64,000 bases of DNA from Actinomycetota bacterium. GTDB taxonomy: Bacteria > Actinomycetota > Acidimicrobiia > Acidimicrobiales > Ilumatobacteraceae. The DNA is taken from contig SXYT01000076.1 in assembly GCA_005788205.1 (NCBI GenBank), positions 3,760 through 67,759 on the forward strand. Reading direction: 5' to 3'. A program made the translations under genes and the position numbers. Of this stretch, positions 45,696-55,270 are shown one piece after another. Below the pieces are notes generated by a model, which was not told the DNA's origin, made no database searches, and saw only the letters and a list, made by a program, of their open reading frames with translations. Within the stretch, counting starts at the first letter, position 1. Every line of letters begins with the position of its first letter.

Positions 45696-46601
45696 ATGCA
45701 CGATCTCATCTCCTCGAACAAGCGCCGCACTGTCCTGCTGATGACCGTGTTCATCGGGCTCCTCGTCCTTGTGGGGATGTCGGTCGGCGTCCTGGTCGGC
45801 AACGGCGCCGCTGGCACGGTCATTGCCCTCGTCCTCGCGGGGGGAACGGCCTTCGCCTCCTACTGGAAGGCGGACAAGATCGCACTGGCGGTGAGCAGGG
45901 CGATCCCGGCGGACCCGGCCGTGTACCCGCGCCTCCACAACCTCGTCGAGGGACTGTGCATCGCCGGTGGCCTGCCCAAACCGGGCGTCTACGTGATCGA
46001 GGACGAGGCACCCAACGCTTTCGCGACCGGTCGCAACCCGCAGCACGCCGCAATCGCGGTGACAACGGGCTTGCTCGACAAGATGAACCGCGTCGAACTG
46101 GAGGGGGTCGTGGCGCACGAGCTCTCCCACATCCGCAACTACGACATCCTCGTCTCGACTCTCGCCGTCACCATGGTCGGAGCCGTCGCGATCCTGACCG
46201 ACGTCGCGATCCGCCTGATGTGGTGGAACGGCGGCCGGGTTGCCCGCGACGGGGACCGTGACAACGGCTCCAACCCGCTCGCGTTCGTCGGTCTCGCCCT
46301 GCTCATTCTCGCGCCGCTCTTCGCCCGCCTGATGCACGCCGCTGTCAGCCGCAACCGGGAGTCCCTGGCGGACGCATCGGCCTGCCAGATGACGCGCTAC
46401 CCGCCCGGGTTGATCTCCGCCCTCGAGAAACTGCGTGACGACGTGACGGTCACCCACTCGGCATCGATGGCAACCGCCCACCTGTGGATCGAGCAGCCCC
46501 TGTCCGGGGTCGGTGACGCGGGTCGACTGGCCCGGTTCCATAATCTGTTCAACACGCACCCCCCAATCGAGGAACGCATCGCGCGCCTCAAGGAGATCTG
46601 A
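45696..46601 (+). CDS. htpX: M48 family zinc metalloprotease HtpX
   Basis: PNAFATGR, VAHELSH (HExxH), RESLAD, THPPIEERI. Confidence 0.93.
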   Translation: MHDLISSNKRRTVLLMTVFIGLLVLVGMSVGVLVGNGAAGTVIALVLAGGTAFASYWKADKIALAVSRAIPADPAVYPRLHNLVEGLCIAGGLPKPGVYVIEDEAPNAFATGRNPQHAAIAVTTGLLDKMNRVELEGVVAHELSHIRNYDILVSTLAVTMVGAVAILTDVAIRLMWWNGGRVARDGDRDNGSNPLAFVGLALLILAPLFARLMHAAVSRNRESLADASACQMTRYPPGLISALEKLRDDVTVTHSASMATAHLWIEQPLSGVGDAGRLARFHNLFNTHPPIEERIARLKEI

Positions 46602-46602
46602 G

Positions 46603-47700
46603 ATGACGAAGCGCACGACAATCGCAGTGATCACGGCAGCGGCTTTTCTGGCCCCGGTTCTCGCCTCGTGCGGAGGCGGTGGCGGGACGGACGGTGCGTC
46701 TGACACCACCGCTGCCACTGACACCACCGGCCCCGGCACACCTGCGGTCGTGTACCCGCTCACGGGTTTGCCGGTGGACGACCCCACACAGGCGGCACGC
46801 CCTGCGCTGGTGGCCAAGATCGACAACCACCCGAACGCCCGTCCCCAGGCCGGCCTCAACAAGGCGGACATCATCATCGAGGAGAACGTGGAGGGCCTGA
46901 CCCGCTTCGCCGCGATCTTCCACAGCGAGGGCAGCGACCCCGTCGGCCCGCTGCGCAGCGGCCGCACCCAGGACAAGATCTTCCTCGGTTCCTACAACAA
47001 GCCGCTCTTCATGTGGAGCGGCGGCAACTACCGGGTCACGCAGGTCATCAACAACAGCGACCTCGTGAACATCGGGCACTCGGCCTCGAAGGGGAAGGGC
47101 GGCTACTACCGCGAGAAGACGCGCAAGATCCCGTACAACCTCTACGCGAGCACCACCAAGGGCTGGGGACTCGCGCCCGAGGGCTCCGGCCCGCCGCCGG
47201 CGCAGGTGCTGTACCGCGGTGTGAGCGACGCGATGCCCTCGACTGCCGTTCCGGTCGATGGAGCCAAGGTCTCCATGTACAACGTCAAGGTGTACTGGAA
47301 GTGGGACGCGGCTGCCGGCCAGTTCCTCCGCTACACGGAGAACGTGAAGCGCGAGCTCGAGCCACACATGTCGGCCGAGGGCACCACGCCCGTCGACCAG
47401 GTGAACGCGAAGAACGTGGTCGTTCTCTACTGCACCTACAAGCGCAGTTGGGCTGACCGCAAGAGCCCGGAGGCGCAGACGACCGGCACGGGTGACGGCT
47501 TCGTCCTCACCAACGGTGCCATCATCCCGATCAAGTGGACCCGCGCCGAGCAGAAGGATGTCTTCACCTTCACGGATGCCGACGGGGCAGTGGTCCGCAT
47601 GACCCCCGGCCGCACGTGGATCGAGCTCGGTTTCAAGAAGTCTCTCGCCCAGGTGGACCCGGGTGTCGACCCGAAAAAGGTCGGCTGGCCCGCCACCTGA
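46603..47700 (+). CDS. DUF3048 domain lipoprotein
   Basis: Lipobox LASC; YPLTG, KIDNHPNARPQAGLNKAD, VEGLTRF, GPLRSGR, PGRTWIEL. Confidence 0.88.
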   Translation: MTKRTTIAVITAAAFLAPVLASCGGGGGTDGASDTTAATDTTGPGTPAVVYPLTGLPVDDPTQAARPALVAKIDNHPNARPQAGLNKADIIIEENVEGLTRFAAIFHSEGSDPVGPLRSGRTQDKIFLGSYNKPLFMWSGGNYRVTQVINNSDLVNIGHSASKGKGGYYREKTRKIPYNLYASTTKGWGLAPEGSGPPPAQVLYRGVSDAMPSTAVPVDGAKVSMYNVKVYWKWDAAAGQFLRYTENVKRELEPHMSAEGTTPVDQVNAKNVVVLYCTYKRSWADRKSPEAQTTGTGDGFVLTNGAIIPIKWTRAEQKDVFTFTDADGAVVRMTPGRTWIELGFKKSLAQVDPGVDPKKVGWPAT

Positions 47701-47772
47701 GCCCGCGTCCGTGACCGTTGTCCGCCCCGAATTGCGGGTGAACGGGTGCCGGCTCCTCGGTACGCTTTGCCC

Positions 47773-48672
47773 ATGACCTCACAGTCCCAGTCCTCAGTCG
47801 GCACCCCTCGCGTCAAGCGAGGTCTGGCGGAAATGATGAAGGGCGGCGTCATCATGGATGTCGTCACCCCGGATCAGGCCCGGATTGCAGAGGACGCCGG
47901 GGCGTGCGCCGTCATGGCACTCGAGCGGGTCCCTGCCGATATCCGCCGTGACGGGGGCGTCGCCCGCATGAGCGATCCCGAGATGATCGAGGGCATCAAG
48001 GCTGCGGTCCGCATCCCCGTGATGGCCAAGGCCCGTATCGGCCACTTCGTGGAGGCACAGATCCTGGAGGCGCTCGGTGTCGACTTCGTGGACGAGTCCG
48101 AGGTGCTCACACCGGCGGACGAGACGCACCACATCGACAAGTTCGCGTTCACCGTGCCCTTCGTGTGCGGGGCCACGAACCTTGGGGAGGCCCTGCGCCG
48201 CATCTCCGAGGGCGCGTGCATGATCCGCTCGATGGGCGAGGCGGGCACCGGCAACATCGTCGAGGCGGTGCGCCACCTGCGCAGCATCCTCGGCGACATC
48301 CGCCGTGTGACGCAGGCGGACAGCGCGGAGCTCTTTGACTGGGCCAAGAAGCTCCAGGCGCCCCTGCCGCTCGTGCAGGAGATCGCCGAGACCGGCAGGT
48401 TCCCCGTGCCGATCTTCTGTGCCGGGGGCATCGCGACGCCTGCCGACGCCGCGCTCGCCATGCAGCTCGGGGCCGAGGCCGTCTTCGTGGGGTCCGGGAT
48501 CTTCAAGAGCGATCCGTCGACTGTGGCGCTGCGTGCCAAGGCAATCGTCGAGGCCACGACCCATTTCCGCGATCCGCACATCCTCGCCAAGGTCAGCCGT
48601 GGTCTCGGTGCACCGATGACGGGCATCGGGATGGACGAGATCAACCAGCGCTACGCCGAGCGCGGCTGGTGA
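47773..48672 (+). CDS. pdxS: PLP synthase lyase subunit PdxS (second catalytic Lys reads as Met)
   Basis: [50 protein letters not shown]. Confidence 0.95.
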   Translation: MTSQSQSSVGTPRVKRGLAEMMKGGVIMDVVTPDQARIAEDAGACAVMALERVPADIRRDGGVARMSDPEMIEGIKAAVRIPVMAKARIGHFVEAQILEALGVDFVDESEVLTPADETHHIDKFAFTVPFVCGATNLGEALRRISEGACMIRSMGEAGTGNIVEAVRHLRSILGDIRRVTQADSAELFDWAKKLQAPLPLVQEIAETGRFPVPIFCAGGIATPADAALAMQLGAEAVFVGSGIFKSDPSTVALRAKAIVEATTHFRDPHILAKVSRGLGAPMTGIGMDEINQRYAERGW

Positions 48673-48698
48673 ACCGTCCGTGAACGCGAGGCCTCCAG

Positions 48699-49355
48699 GT
48701 GCCGCCGGTCATCGGGGTGCTCGCGCTGCAGGGCGCGTTCGCGGCGCACGCTGAGTCGTTGCGCCGCTGCGGCGCATCCACATCCGAAGTGCGAACGCCG
48801 GGAGACCTCGCCGCTGTCGATGCTCTCGTGATGCCCGGCGGGGAGTCGAGCACCATGTCCCAGTTGCTCGAGTCGTCGGGGCTCTTCACCGCGGTGGCTG
48901 CACGCATCAGCAAGGGCATGGCTGTGCTCGGGACATGCGCGGGGATGATCCTGCTCGCCTCGGAGGTGCTCGACGGCCGTTCCGACCAGCGGAGCTTCTC
49001 GACCCTTGACATCTCTGTGCGGAGGAACGCTTTCGGCCGCCAGATCGACTCGTTCGAGGCCAGCATCGACACCCCGGAGGGCCCTTTCCACGGGGTCTTC
49101 ATCCGCGCACCCCGCATCGAGAGAGTCGGCCCGGGGGTCGACATCCTGGGCTCCCTGGACGGCGAGCCGGTCCTCGTGCGCCGGGGCAACGTTCTGGCTG
49201 CGTCGTTTCACCCCGAGCTCGCCGGCGACGACCGTCTGCACGGGTACTTTGTGTCCGTCGTCAGCCCTGGTGACGTGCCCGACGGGCACCATCGCGCTGG
49301 CGCCGGGCCCGCCGGTGCGGCCGTTGACACCCGAGAGAGAAAGAGGGAAGGCTGA
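48699..49355 (+). CDS. pdxT: PLP synthase glutaminase subunit PdxT
   Basis: GVLALQG, PGGESS, GTCAG, RNAFGRQ, FIRAP, FHPEL. Confidence 0.95.
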   Translation: MPPVIGVLALQGAFAAHAESLRRCGASTSEVRTPGDLAAVDALVMPGGESSTMSQLLESSGLFTAVAARISKGMAVLGTCAGMILLASEVLDGRSDQRSFSTLDISVRRNAFGRQIDSFEASIDTPEGPFHGVFIRAPRIERVGPGVDILGSLDGEPVLVRRGNVLAASFHPELAGDDRLHGYFVSVVSPGDVPDGHHRAGAGPAGAAVDTRERKREG

Positions 49356-49357
49356 CC

Positions 49358-50104
49358 ATGTCCGGACACTCCAAGTGGGCGACGATCAAGCACAAGAAGG
49401 GCGCAGCCGACAAGGCGCGGGGCAAGCTGTTCGCCAAGCTCGCCCGACAGATCGAGGTGGCCGCGCGCCAGGGCGGGGGAGACATCGAGTCGAATGCGTC
49501 ACTGCGCACCATGGTCCTGAAGGCCAAGGCGGCCCAGATGACGAAGGACGCAATCGACAGGGCCGTGAAGCGCGGCATCGGCGAGAACGACGGTGCCAAC
49601 TACGAGTCGATCACCTACGAGGGCTACGCGCCCGGCGGGGTGGCGATGCTGATCGACGTCCTCACGGACAACAGGAACCGCACGGCCTCGGACGTGCGGA
49701 GCGCGTTCACGAAGTTCGGCGGGGCCATGGCAGAGCCCGGTGCGGTGGGGTGGCAGTTCTCCAGGCGCGGCGTGATTCTCGTGGACGGTGCGGCCGACGA
49801 GGACACCGTCATGACTGCCGCACTCGAGGCGGGCGCAGAGGATGTCGAGCGCGACGGCGGTTCATGGAAGGTCCTGGCCGACCCCTCCTGCGTGTGGGAC
49901 GTGAAGGATTCCCTCGAGACCGCCGGGCTGGCCGTCCAGTCCGCGGAGAGCACAATGGTGTCGTCGACCGTAATAGAGGTCACGGACAGGGAGGATGCGC
50001 GCCAGATCCTGCGCATCATGGATACTCTCGAGGACAACGATGACGTGCAGGACGTCTACGCGAATTTCGATATCGCGGAATCAATCATGGAAGAGGTCAG
50101 TTGA
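49358..50104 (+). CDS. yebC: YebC/PmpR family protein
   Basis: [38 protein letters not shown]. Confidence 0.97.
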   Translation: MSGHSKWATIKHKKGAADKARGKLFAKLARQIEVAARQGGGDIESNASLRTMVLKAKAAQMTKDAIDRAVKRGIGENDGANYESITYEGYAPGGVAMLIDVLTDNRNRTASDVRSAFTKFGGAMAEPGAVGWQFSRRGVILVDGAADEDTVMTAALEAGAEDVERDGGSWKVLADPSCVWDVKDSLETAGLAVQSAESTMVSSTVIEVTDREDARQILRIMDTLEDNDDVQDVYANFDIAESIMEEVS

Positions 50105-50562
50105 TGGCTGTCGGAACGGGCGACACAGCCCCTGATTTCACGCTGCCCGGCACGGGTGGTCGTTCGTACTCGCTCTCGGAGTTCAAGGGTCAGCCCGTCG
50201 TGGTCGTCTTCTATCCCGGTGACGCGACGGCCGTCTGCACGAAGCAGCTCAATTCGTACAACAACGAACTCGACGCCTTCTCCGGCGTGGGTGCGCAGGT
50301 CCTTGCGATCTCCGCCCAGGACATGGACAGCCACGAGACATTCGCGGCCCGGCACGGCTTCAAGTTCCCACTCCTTGCTGACACGGACAAGTCCGTGGCG
50401 GAGAAGTACGGGACCATCGGACCGCTCGGGTTCCCCCGCCGCAGTGTCTTTGTGGTCAGCCCTGCGGGGGTCATCACATACGCCCACAGAGCCATCGCGG
50501 GCCTCACCTACCGCCCTGTGGACGAACTCGTCGCCGCGGTGGAGGCGTCCCGCACGGCCTGA
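50104..50562 (+). CDS. Peroxiredoxin, BCP/PrxQ-like, single Cys
   Basis: [28 protein letters not shown]. Confidence 0.88.
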   Translation: MAVGTGDTAPDFTLPGTGGRSYSLSEFKGQPVVVVFYPGDATAVCTKQLNSYNNELDAFSGVGAQVLAISAQDMDSHETFAARHGFKFPLLADTDKSVAEKYGTIGPLGFPRRSVFVVSPAGVITYAHRAIAGLTYRPVDELVAAVEASRTA

Positions 50563-50602
50563 CCCCACCCGGGAAAGGCTCGCCAGCAGGCGTCCCAGCC
50601 GT

Positions 50603-50623
50603 TACCATACGAACTTATGTTCG
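50603..50623 (+). promoter_or_regulatory. SOS (LexA) box CGAAC-TTAT-GTTCG overlapping the ruvC start, next to -10 TACCAT
   Basis: CGAACTTATGTTCG at 50610-50623 matches the Gram-positive/actinobacterial CGAAC-N4-GTTCG consensus; TACCAT at 50603-50608. Confidence 0.85.
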
Positions 50624-51198
50624 GTCCCCACGGCGTCACCAGTCCCGCCGGCACGGCCCCTGCGGACGGCGGGGGCGGCATGGATGTCGTGCTCGGGATC
50701 GACCCCGGCCTGACCCGGTGCGGATATGCCGTCCTCGGCGTGGTTCCCGGCCGGCCACCGAAGCCGCTGTCCATGGGTGTCATCCGAACCCCTGCCACGG
50801 ACCCGCTCCCGGAGCGTCTCGGCCTGCTGCACCGCGAGATCGCCGCCCTGATCGCGGAGTTCAAGCCGTCATCTGTGGCCATCGAACAGGTCTTTTTCCA
50901 GAACAACGTGCGGACGGCCATGTCGGTGGGGCAGGCGAGTGGGGTCGTGATTGCGCTCGCCGCCAACTCGGGGTGCACCGTCGCCCAGTACACGCCCTCG
51001 CAGGTGAAGGACACTGTCGCCGGCTGGGGTGGTGCCGACAAGGCGCAGGTGCAGCGGATGGTCCAGCAGCGCCTCGGGCTGTCGTCGCTGCCGAAGCCCG
51101 CCGATGCGGCCGATGCCGCCGCCATCGCACTCTGCCACTGTGCGATCGCGCCGTTCGTGGCCTTGAGGGATGCGGCACTCGCGCGGGGGCGGTCATGA
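50617..51198 (+). CDS. ruvC: Holliday junction resolvase RuvC
   Basis: VLGIDPGLTRCGY, IEQVFF, GGADKAQV, PADAADA; alternative start at ATG 50680. Confidence 0.95.
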   Translation: MFGPHGVTSPAGTAPADGGGGMDVVLGIDPGLTRCGYAVLGVVPGRPPKPLSMGVIRTPATDPLPERLGLLHREIAALIAEFKPSSVAIEQVFFQNNVRTAMSVGQASGVVIALAANSGCTVAQYTPSQVKDTVAGWGGADKAQVQRMVQQRLGLSSLPKPADAADAAAIALCHCAIAPFVALRDAALARGRS

Positions 51199-51788
51199 TC
51201 GGGAGCCTCCGTGGCCATGTCCTCGAGCGTGTCGCTCCATCCACCGTCCTCGTCGAGGTGCAGGGTGTCGGGTACCTGTGCACGGTCACCGCCGCCACGT
51301 TCGCCGAGATGGAGCCCACGTCGCCCGTTTTCGTTCACGTCCACCACCACATCCGTGAGGACGCACAGACGCTCTATGCCTTCACCAGCCGCACGGAGAG
51401 GGACACCTTCGACGTGCTCCTCTCCACCCACGGGATCGGACCGGCAATGGCAATGGCGATCCTGTCCACCTACTCGCCCCAGTCGCTCGTCACGATCGTG
51501 GTGTCAGGCGACACCGGCGCACTCACCGCTGTCCCCGGTGTCGGCAAGAAGACCGCCGAGCGGCTCATGGTCGAGCTGAAGTCACGCCTCAACATCGACT
51601 CTGTGGCGACCGTGGGGGCCGACGGGTCCGTGCAGTCGGCTGCGGCGGACGTGAGGGAGGCGCTGACTTCGCTCGGGTACGGGCCCGACGAGATCCGCGA
51701 CGTGATGCGCCAGCTCACCAACGTGGATGCACCCGAATCGATGCTGCGCGATGCGCTCGCCCTGCTGGGAGCCCGCCGTGCGGGATGA
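51195..51788 (+). CDS. ruvA: Holliday junction branch migration protein RuvA
   Basis: [39 protein letters not shown]. Confidence 0.95.
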   Translation: MIGSLRGHVLERVAPSTVLVEVQGVGYLCTVTAATFAEMEPTSPVFVHVHHHIREDAQTLYAFTSRTERDTFDVLLSTHGIGPAMAMAILSTYSPQSLVTIVVSGDTGALTAVPGVGKKTAERLMVELKSRLNIDSVATVGADGSVQSAAADVREALTSLGYGPDEIRDVMRQLTNVDAPESMLRDALALLGARRAG

Positions 51789-52770
51789 GTTCATGGACCC
51801 CACTGTCCATTCGGATGCCGACCACATCGACGAGGCCAGCCTGCGGCCGCGCGCACTCGATGAGTTCGTCGGCCAGCGCGAACTGAAGGAGCACCTCGAC
51901 ATCGTCCTCGGTGCGGCAAAACAGCGCGGCCAGGCGGCCGACCACATTCTCCTTGCTGGACCGCCCGGCCTCGGCAAGACCACGATGGCGGGCATCGTCG
52001 CCGCCGAGATGGGCGTGGGTTTCCACGTGACCAGCGGGCCGGCTCTCGAGCGTGCGGGCGATCTTGCGGCGATCCTCACGAAACTGCAGGAGTCGGACGT
52101 CCTCTTCATCGACGAGATCCACCGTCTCTCGCGCTCGGTCGAGGAGATCCTCTACCCGGCCATGGAGGACTTCCAGATCGACATCGTGGTGGGCAAGGGC
52201 CCTGCCGCCTCGTCCATCCGTCTCTCGCTCCCGCGGTTCACCCTCATCGGGGCGACCACGCGGACCGGCATGATCACTGGTCCACTGCGTGACAGGTTCG
52301 GTCTGGTGGCCCGGCTCGACTTCTACGACGACGAGGAGCTGCGTTCCATCGTGGAGCGCGCCGCGGGAATCCTCGATGTGCCCCTGCGCGGTGACAGTGC
52401 TGAGCAGATCGCCCGCCGGAGCAGGGGCACGCCGCGAATCGCGAACCGCCTGCTGCGCCGCGTCCGTTACTTTGCCGAGGTGCGCGGCAACGGAGTGGTC
52501 GACCCTGCCACCGCGGACGAGGCACTGCGCGTCTTCGGTGTCGATGCAATTGGTCTCGACAAGGTCGACAGGGCGATCCTCAACGCGCTGTGCGAACGGT
52601 TCGGCGGCGGGCCCGTCGGTCTCACCACGCTCGCAATCGCGGTCGGGGAGCAACCCGAGACGGTCGAGGACGTGTACGAGCCGTTCCTCATCCAGCAGGG
52701 CCTCATCGCGCGGACGCCGCGCGGACGGGTGGCGATGGACGCCGCGTGGCGGCATCTGTCCAGCCCGTAG
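51778..52770 (+). CDS. ruvB: Holliday junction helicase RuvB
   Basis: [51 protein letters not shown]. Confidence 0.97.
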   Translation: MRDEFMDPTVHSDADHIDEASLRPRALDEFVGQRELKEHLDIVLGAAKQRGQAADHILLAGPPGLGKTTMAGIVAAEMGVGFHVTSGPALERAGDLAAILTKLQESDVLFIDEIHRLSRSVEEILYPAMEDFQIDIVVGKGPAASSIRLSLPRFTLIGATTRTGMITGPLRDRFGLVARLDFYDDEELRSIVERAAGILDVPLRGDSAEQIARRSRGTPRIANRLLRRVRYFAEVRGNGVVDPATADEALRVFGVDAIGLDKVDRAILNALCERFGGGPVGLTTLAIAVGEQPETVEDVYEPFLIQQGLIARTPRGRVAMDAAWRHLSSP

Positions 52771-52779
52771 CCTTTCGGC

Positions 52780-53793
52780 GTGCGACTGTCGGACATCGAT
52801 TACGACCTGCCCGACGAACTGATCGCGCAGAAGCCGGCGGAGCCACGTGACTCCTCGCGCCTGCTCGTCGACAGGGGTCCCGCGGCGCCGGACCACATGG
52901 GCATGACCGACATCGCGGACCTGCTCGGACCCGGTGACGTCCTCGTGGTGAACGACACCCGGGTCCTGCCGGCGCGGTTGATGCTGCAGCGCTCGACGGG
53001 TGGTGCAGCCGAGGTCTTGCTCCTCGAGCCCCTGGACGACGGCCGCCGCCGCTGGGAGGCCCTGGTACGGCCCGCCCGCAGGCTGAAAGAGGGGGAGGTG
53101 CTCGAGTTCTTCGGCAAGCGCGTGGCGCGGGTGGGAACGCGCACGGAGGCGGGGGACACGTTCGAGGTGGAGATCCTGGATGACGTGCCCCTCGCGTTGA
53201 TCGAGCGGATCGGGTCGATGCCGCTTCCCCCGTACATCCGCGGTTCGCTGAAGGACAAGGAGAGGTACCAGACGGTGTACTCGCGGGACGCCCGCAGCGC
53301 CGCCGCACCGACTGCCGGACTCCATTTCACCGAGGAACTTCTCGCCCGTGTCACGGCGAGGGGTGTCACCATGGTGCGGGTGGAACTGGTGGTCGGTCTC
53401 GACACGTTCAAGCCGGTCACGGAGGAGGACCCGCTGAACCACAGGATCCACACCGAGACGTACTCGGTCCCGCAAGAGACGATTGCCGCGTGTGCGGCGG
53501 CGGAACGGGTGGTGGCGGTCGGCACCACCGCGGCCAGGGCGCTCGAGTCGGCAGCCGCCACCGGCAACCTGTCGGGCCGCACGTCCCTGTTCATCACGAG
53601 AGGGCACGAGTGGAGGACCGTGGACCTCCTGCTCACGAACTTCCACATGCCGAGGACGTCGCTCCTTCTCATGGTCGATTCGTTCGTCGGGCCCCGCTGG
53701 CGGCGGTTGTACGCAGAGGCCGTGAGGGAGCGCTACCGCTTCCTGTCCTTCGGTGACGCGATGCTCCTCGACCGCAGCCTGGGCGGTGAGTGA
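52780..53793 (+). CDS. queA: SAM:tRNA ribosyltransferase-isomerase QueA
   Basis: YDLPDELIAQ, VNDTRVLPARL, PLPPYI, AAPTAGLHF, TNFHMPR, YRFLSFGDAM. Confidence 0.96.
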   Translation: MRLSDIDYDLPDELIAQKPAEPRDSSRLLVDRGPAAPDHMGMTDIADLLGPGDVLVVNDTRVLPARLMLQRSTGGAAEVLLLEPLDDGRRRWEALVRPARRLKEGEVLEFFGKRVARVGTRTEAGDTFEVEILDDVPLALIERIGSMPLPPYIRGSLKDKERYQTVYSRDARSAAAPTAGLHFTEELLARVTARGVTMVRVELVVGLDTFKPVTEEDPLNHRIHTETYSVPQETIAACAAAERVVAVGTTAARALESAAATGNLSGRTSLFITRGHEWRTVDLLLTNFHMPRTSLLLMVDSFVGPRWRRLYAEAVRERYRFLSFGDAMLLDRSLGGE

Positions 53794-54890
53794 TGTTCGG
53801 TGTGCGCCACGTCCAGTCCGCGGTGGAGGGTGCCGCCCGCGCCGGGACCGCCACCACCGCCCGCGGCAGCTACGAGACCCCGTGCTTCATGCCCGTGGGC
53901 ACGCGCGGCGCAGTCAAGTACCTGAGTGCCGACGATTACGCCTCGCTCGGCGCACGCATCGTCCTCGGCAACACGTACCACCTGATGCTGCGCCCCGGCG
54001 CCGATGTCATCGAACGTTTCGGTGGTCTCGGCCGGTTCGCGGGGTGGGACGGACTGACACTCACCGACTCAGGAGGGTTCCAGGTGTTCTCCCTCGACCC
54101 GAAGGTGGACGATGAAGGTGTCACGTTCAAGTCCACGTATGACGGGTCGATGCACCGGTTCACTCCCGAGATCGCCGTCGGCGTGCAGGAGAGAATCGGT
54201 GCGGACATCCAGATGGTGCTCGACGTGTGCACCTCTCTGCCGGCCTCGGACGCCGAAATCAGGATCGCACTGGAGCGCACCCATGCATGGGCCATCCGTG
54301 CGCGCGCGGCCCATTCGCGCCCGGACCAGTCGCTCTTTGGCATCGTCCAGGGAGGCATCCACGCGGCGATGCGGCGCGAGAGTGCGCAGCGCACGGTGGA
54401 CGTCGGCTTCGACGGGTACGCCATCGGCGGGCTGTCGGTGGGGGAGACGCGCGGGGAGATGCTCCCCGCCCTCGCGGCCGCCGTGGAGCACCTGCCGGCA
54501 GACCAGCCCAGGTACCTGATGGGCGTGGGCGACCCGGCGTCCCTGGTGGAGGCCGTCGCCCTGGGGGTCGACCAGTTCGACTGCGTCCTGCAGACCAGGC
54601 TCGGCAGGCACGGGACGGCACTGACGTCCGAGGGAAAGCTCCACGTGAAGAACGCCCGTTTCGCACTGGATGACTCACCCCTCGACCCGACGTGCGCCTG
54701 CTGGGTGTGCGCGCGTCATTCGCGCGGGTACGTTCGCCATCTCATGCAGGCCGGCGAGCCCACCGCCTCCCGTCTCGTGTCGGTCCACAACATCTCGTGG
54801 ACCCTCCAGTTGATGGACAGGATCAGGGCCGCCATCACGGACGGCACGTTCGGGGCCCTGCGTCGGGAGATTCTCGGCGTCTGGGGCTGA
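53790..54890 (+). CDS. tgt: tRNA-guanine transglycosylase
   Basis: TPCFMPVGT, NTYHL, TDSGGFQV, FGIVQGG, GGLSVGE, CACWVC zinc site. Confidence 0.96.
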   Translation: MMFGVRHVQSAVEGAARAGTATTARGSYETPCFMPVGTRGAVKYLSADDYASLGARIVLGNTYHLMLRPGADVIERFGGLGRFAGWDGLTLTDSGGFQVFSLDPKVDDEGVTFKSTYDGSMHRFTPEIAVGVQERIGADIQMVLDVCTSLPASDAEIRIALERTHAWAIRARAAHSRPDQSLFGIVQGGIHAAMRRESAQRTVDVGFDGYAIGGLSVGETRGEMLPALAAAVEHLPADQPRYLMGVGDPASLVEAVALGVDQFDCVLQTRLGRHGTALTSEGKLHVKNARFALDDSPLDPTCACWVCARHSRGYVRHLMQAGEPTASRLVSVHNISWTLQLMDRIRAAITDGTFGALRREILGVWG

Positions 54891-54929
54891 GGGGTCCCGC
54901 GCAGGCCCGAGTCGCTAGGCTCAGGCTCC

Positions 54930-55265
54930 GTGATTTCCACCATTGCCGCAGAAACGACCACCAGCAACTCGAGCGGAGGCGGAGCAGTCTTCCAGCTCGT
55001 CTTCTTCGGGGCGATCTTCGCCGGAATGTACTTCCTGCTGCTGCGCCCCCAGCGCAAGCGCATGAAGGAGACGCAGTCACTCCAGTCCAGCCTTGCCGAG
55101 AACGACGAGGTCATCCTCAACTCGGGCATCTACGGCTTCATCACCATGATCGAGGGTGACATCGTGTGGCTCGACATCGCTGACGGCCACGGCACCGAGC
55201 GCATCGAGATCCGGGTGTCGCGCGGTTCTGTCGCACGCAAGACCCAGCCCGCCGAGACCAAGTAG
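54930..55265 (+). CDS. yajC: Preprotein translocase subunit YajC
   Basis: MYFLLLRPQRKR, SGIYGFI; position before secD. Confidence 0.92.
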   Translation: MISTIAAETTTSNSSGGGAVFQLVFFGAIFAGMYFLLLRPQRKRMKETQSLQSSLAENDEVILNSGIYGFITMIEGDIVWLDIADGHGTERIEIRVSRGSVARKTQPAETK

Positions 55266-55270
55266 GTCCC

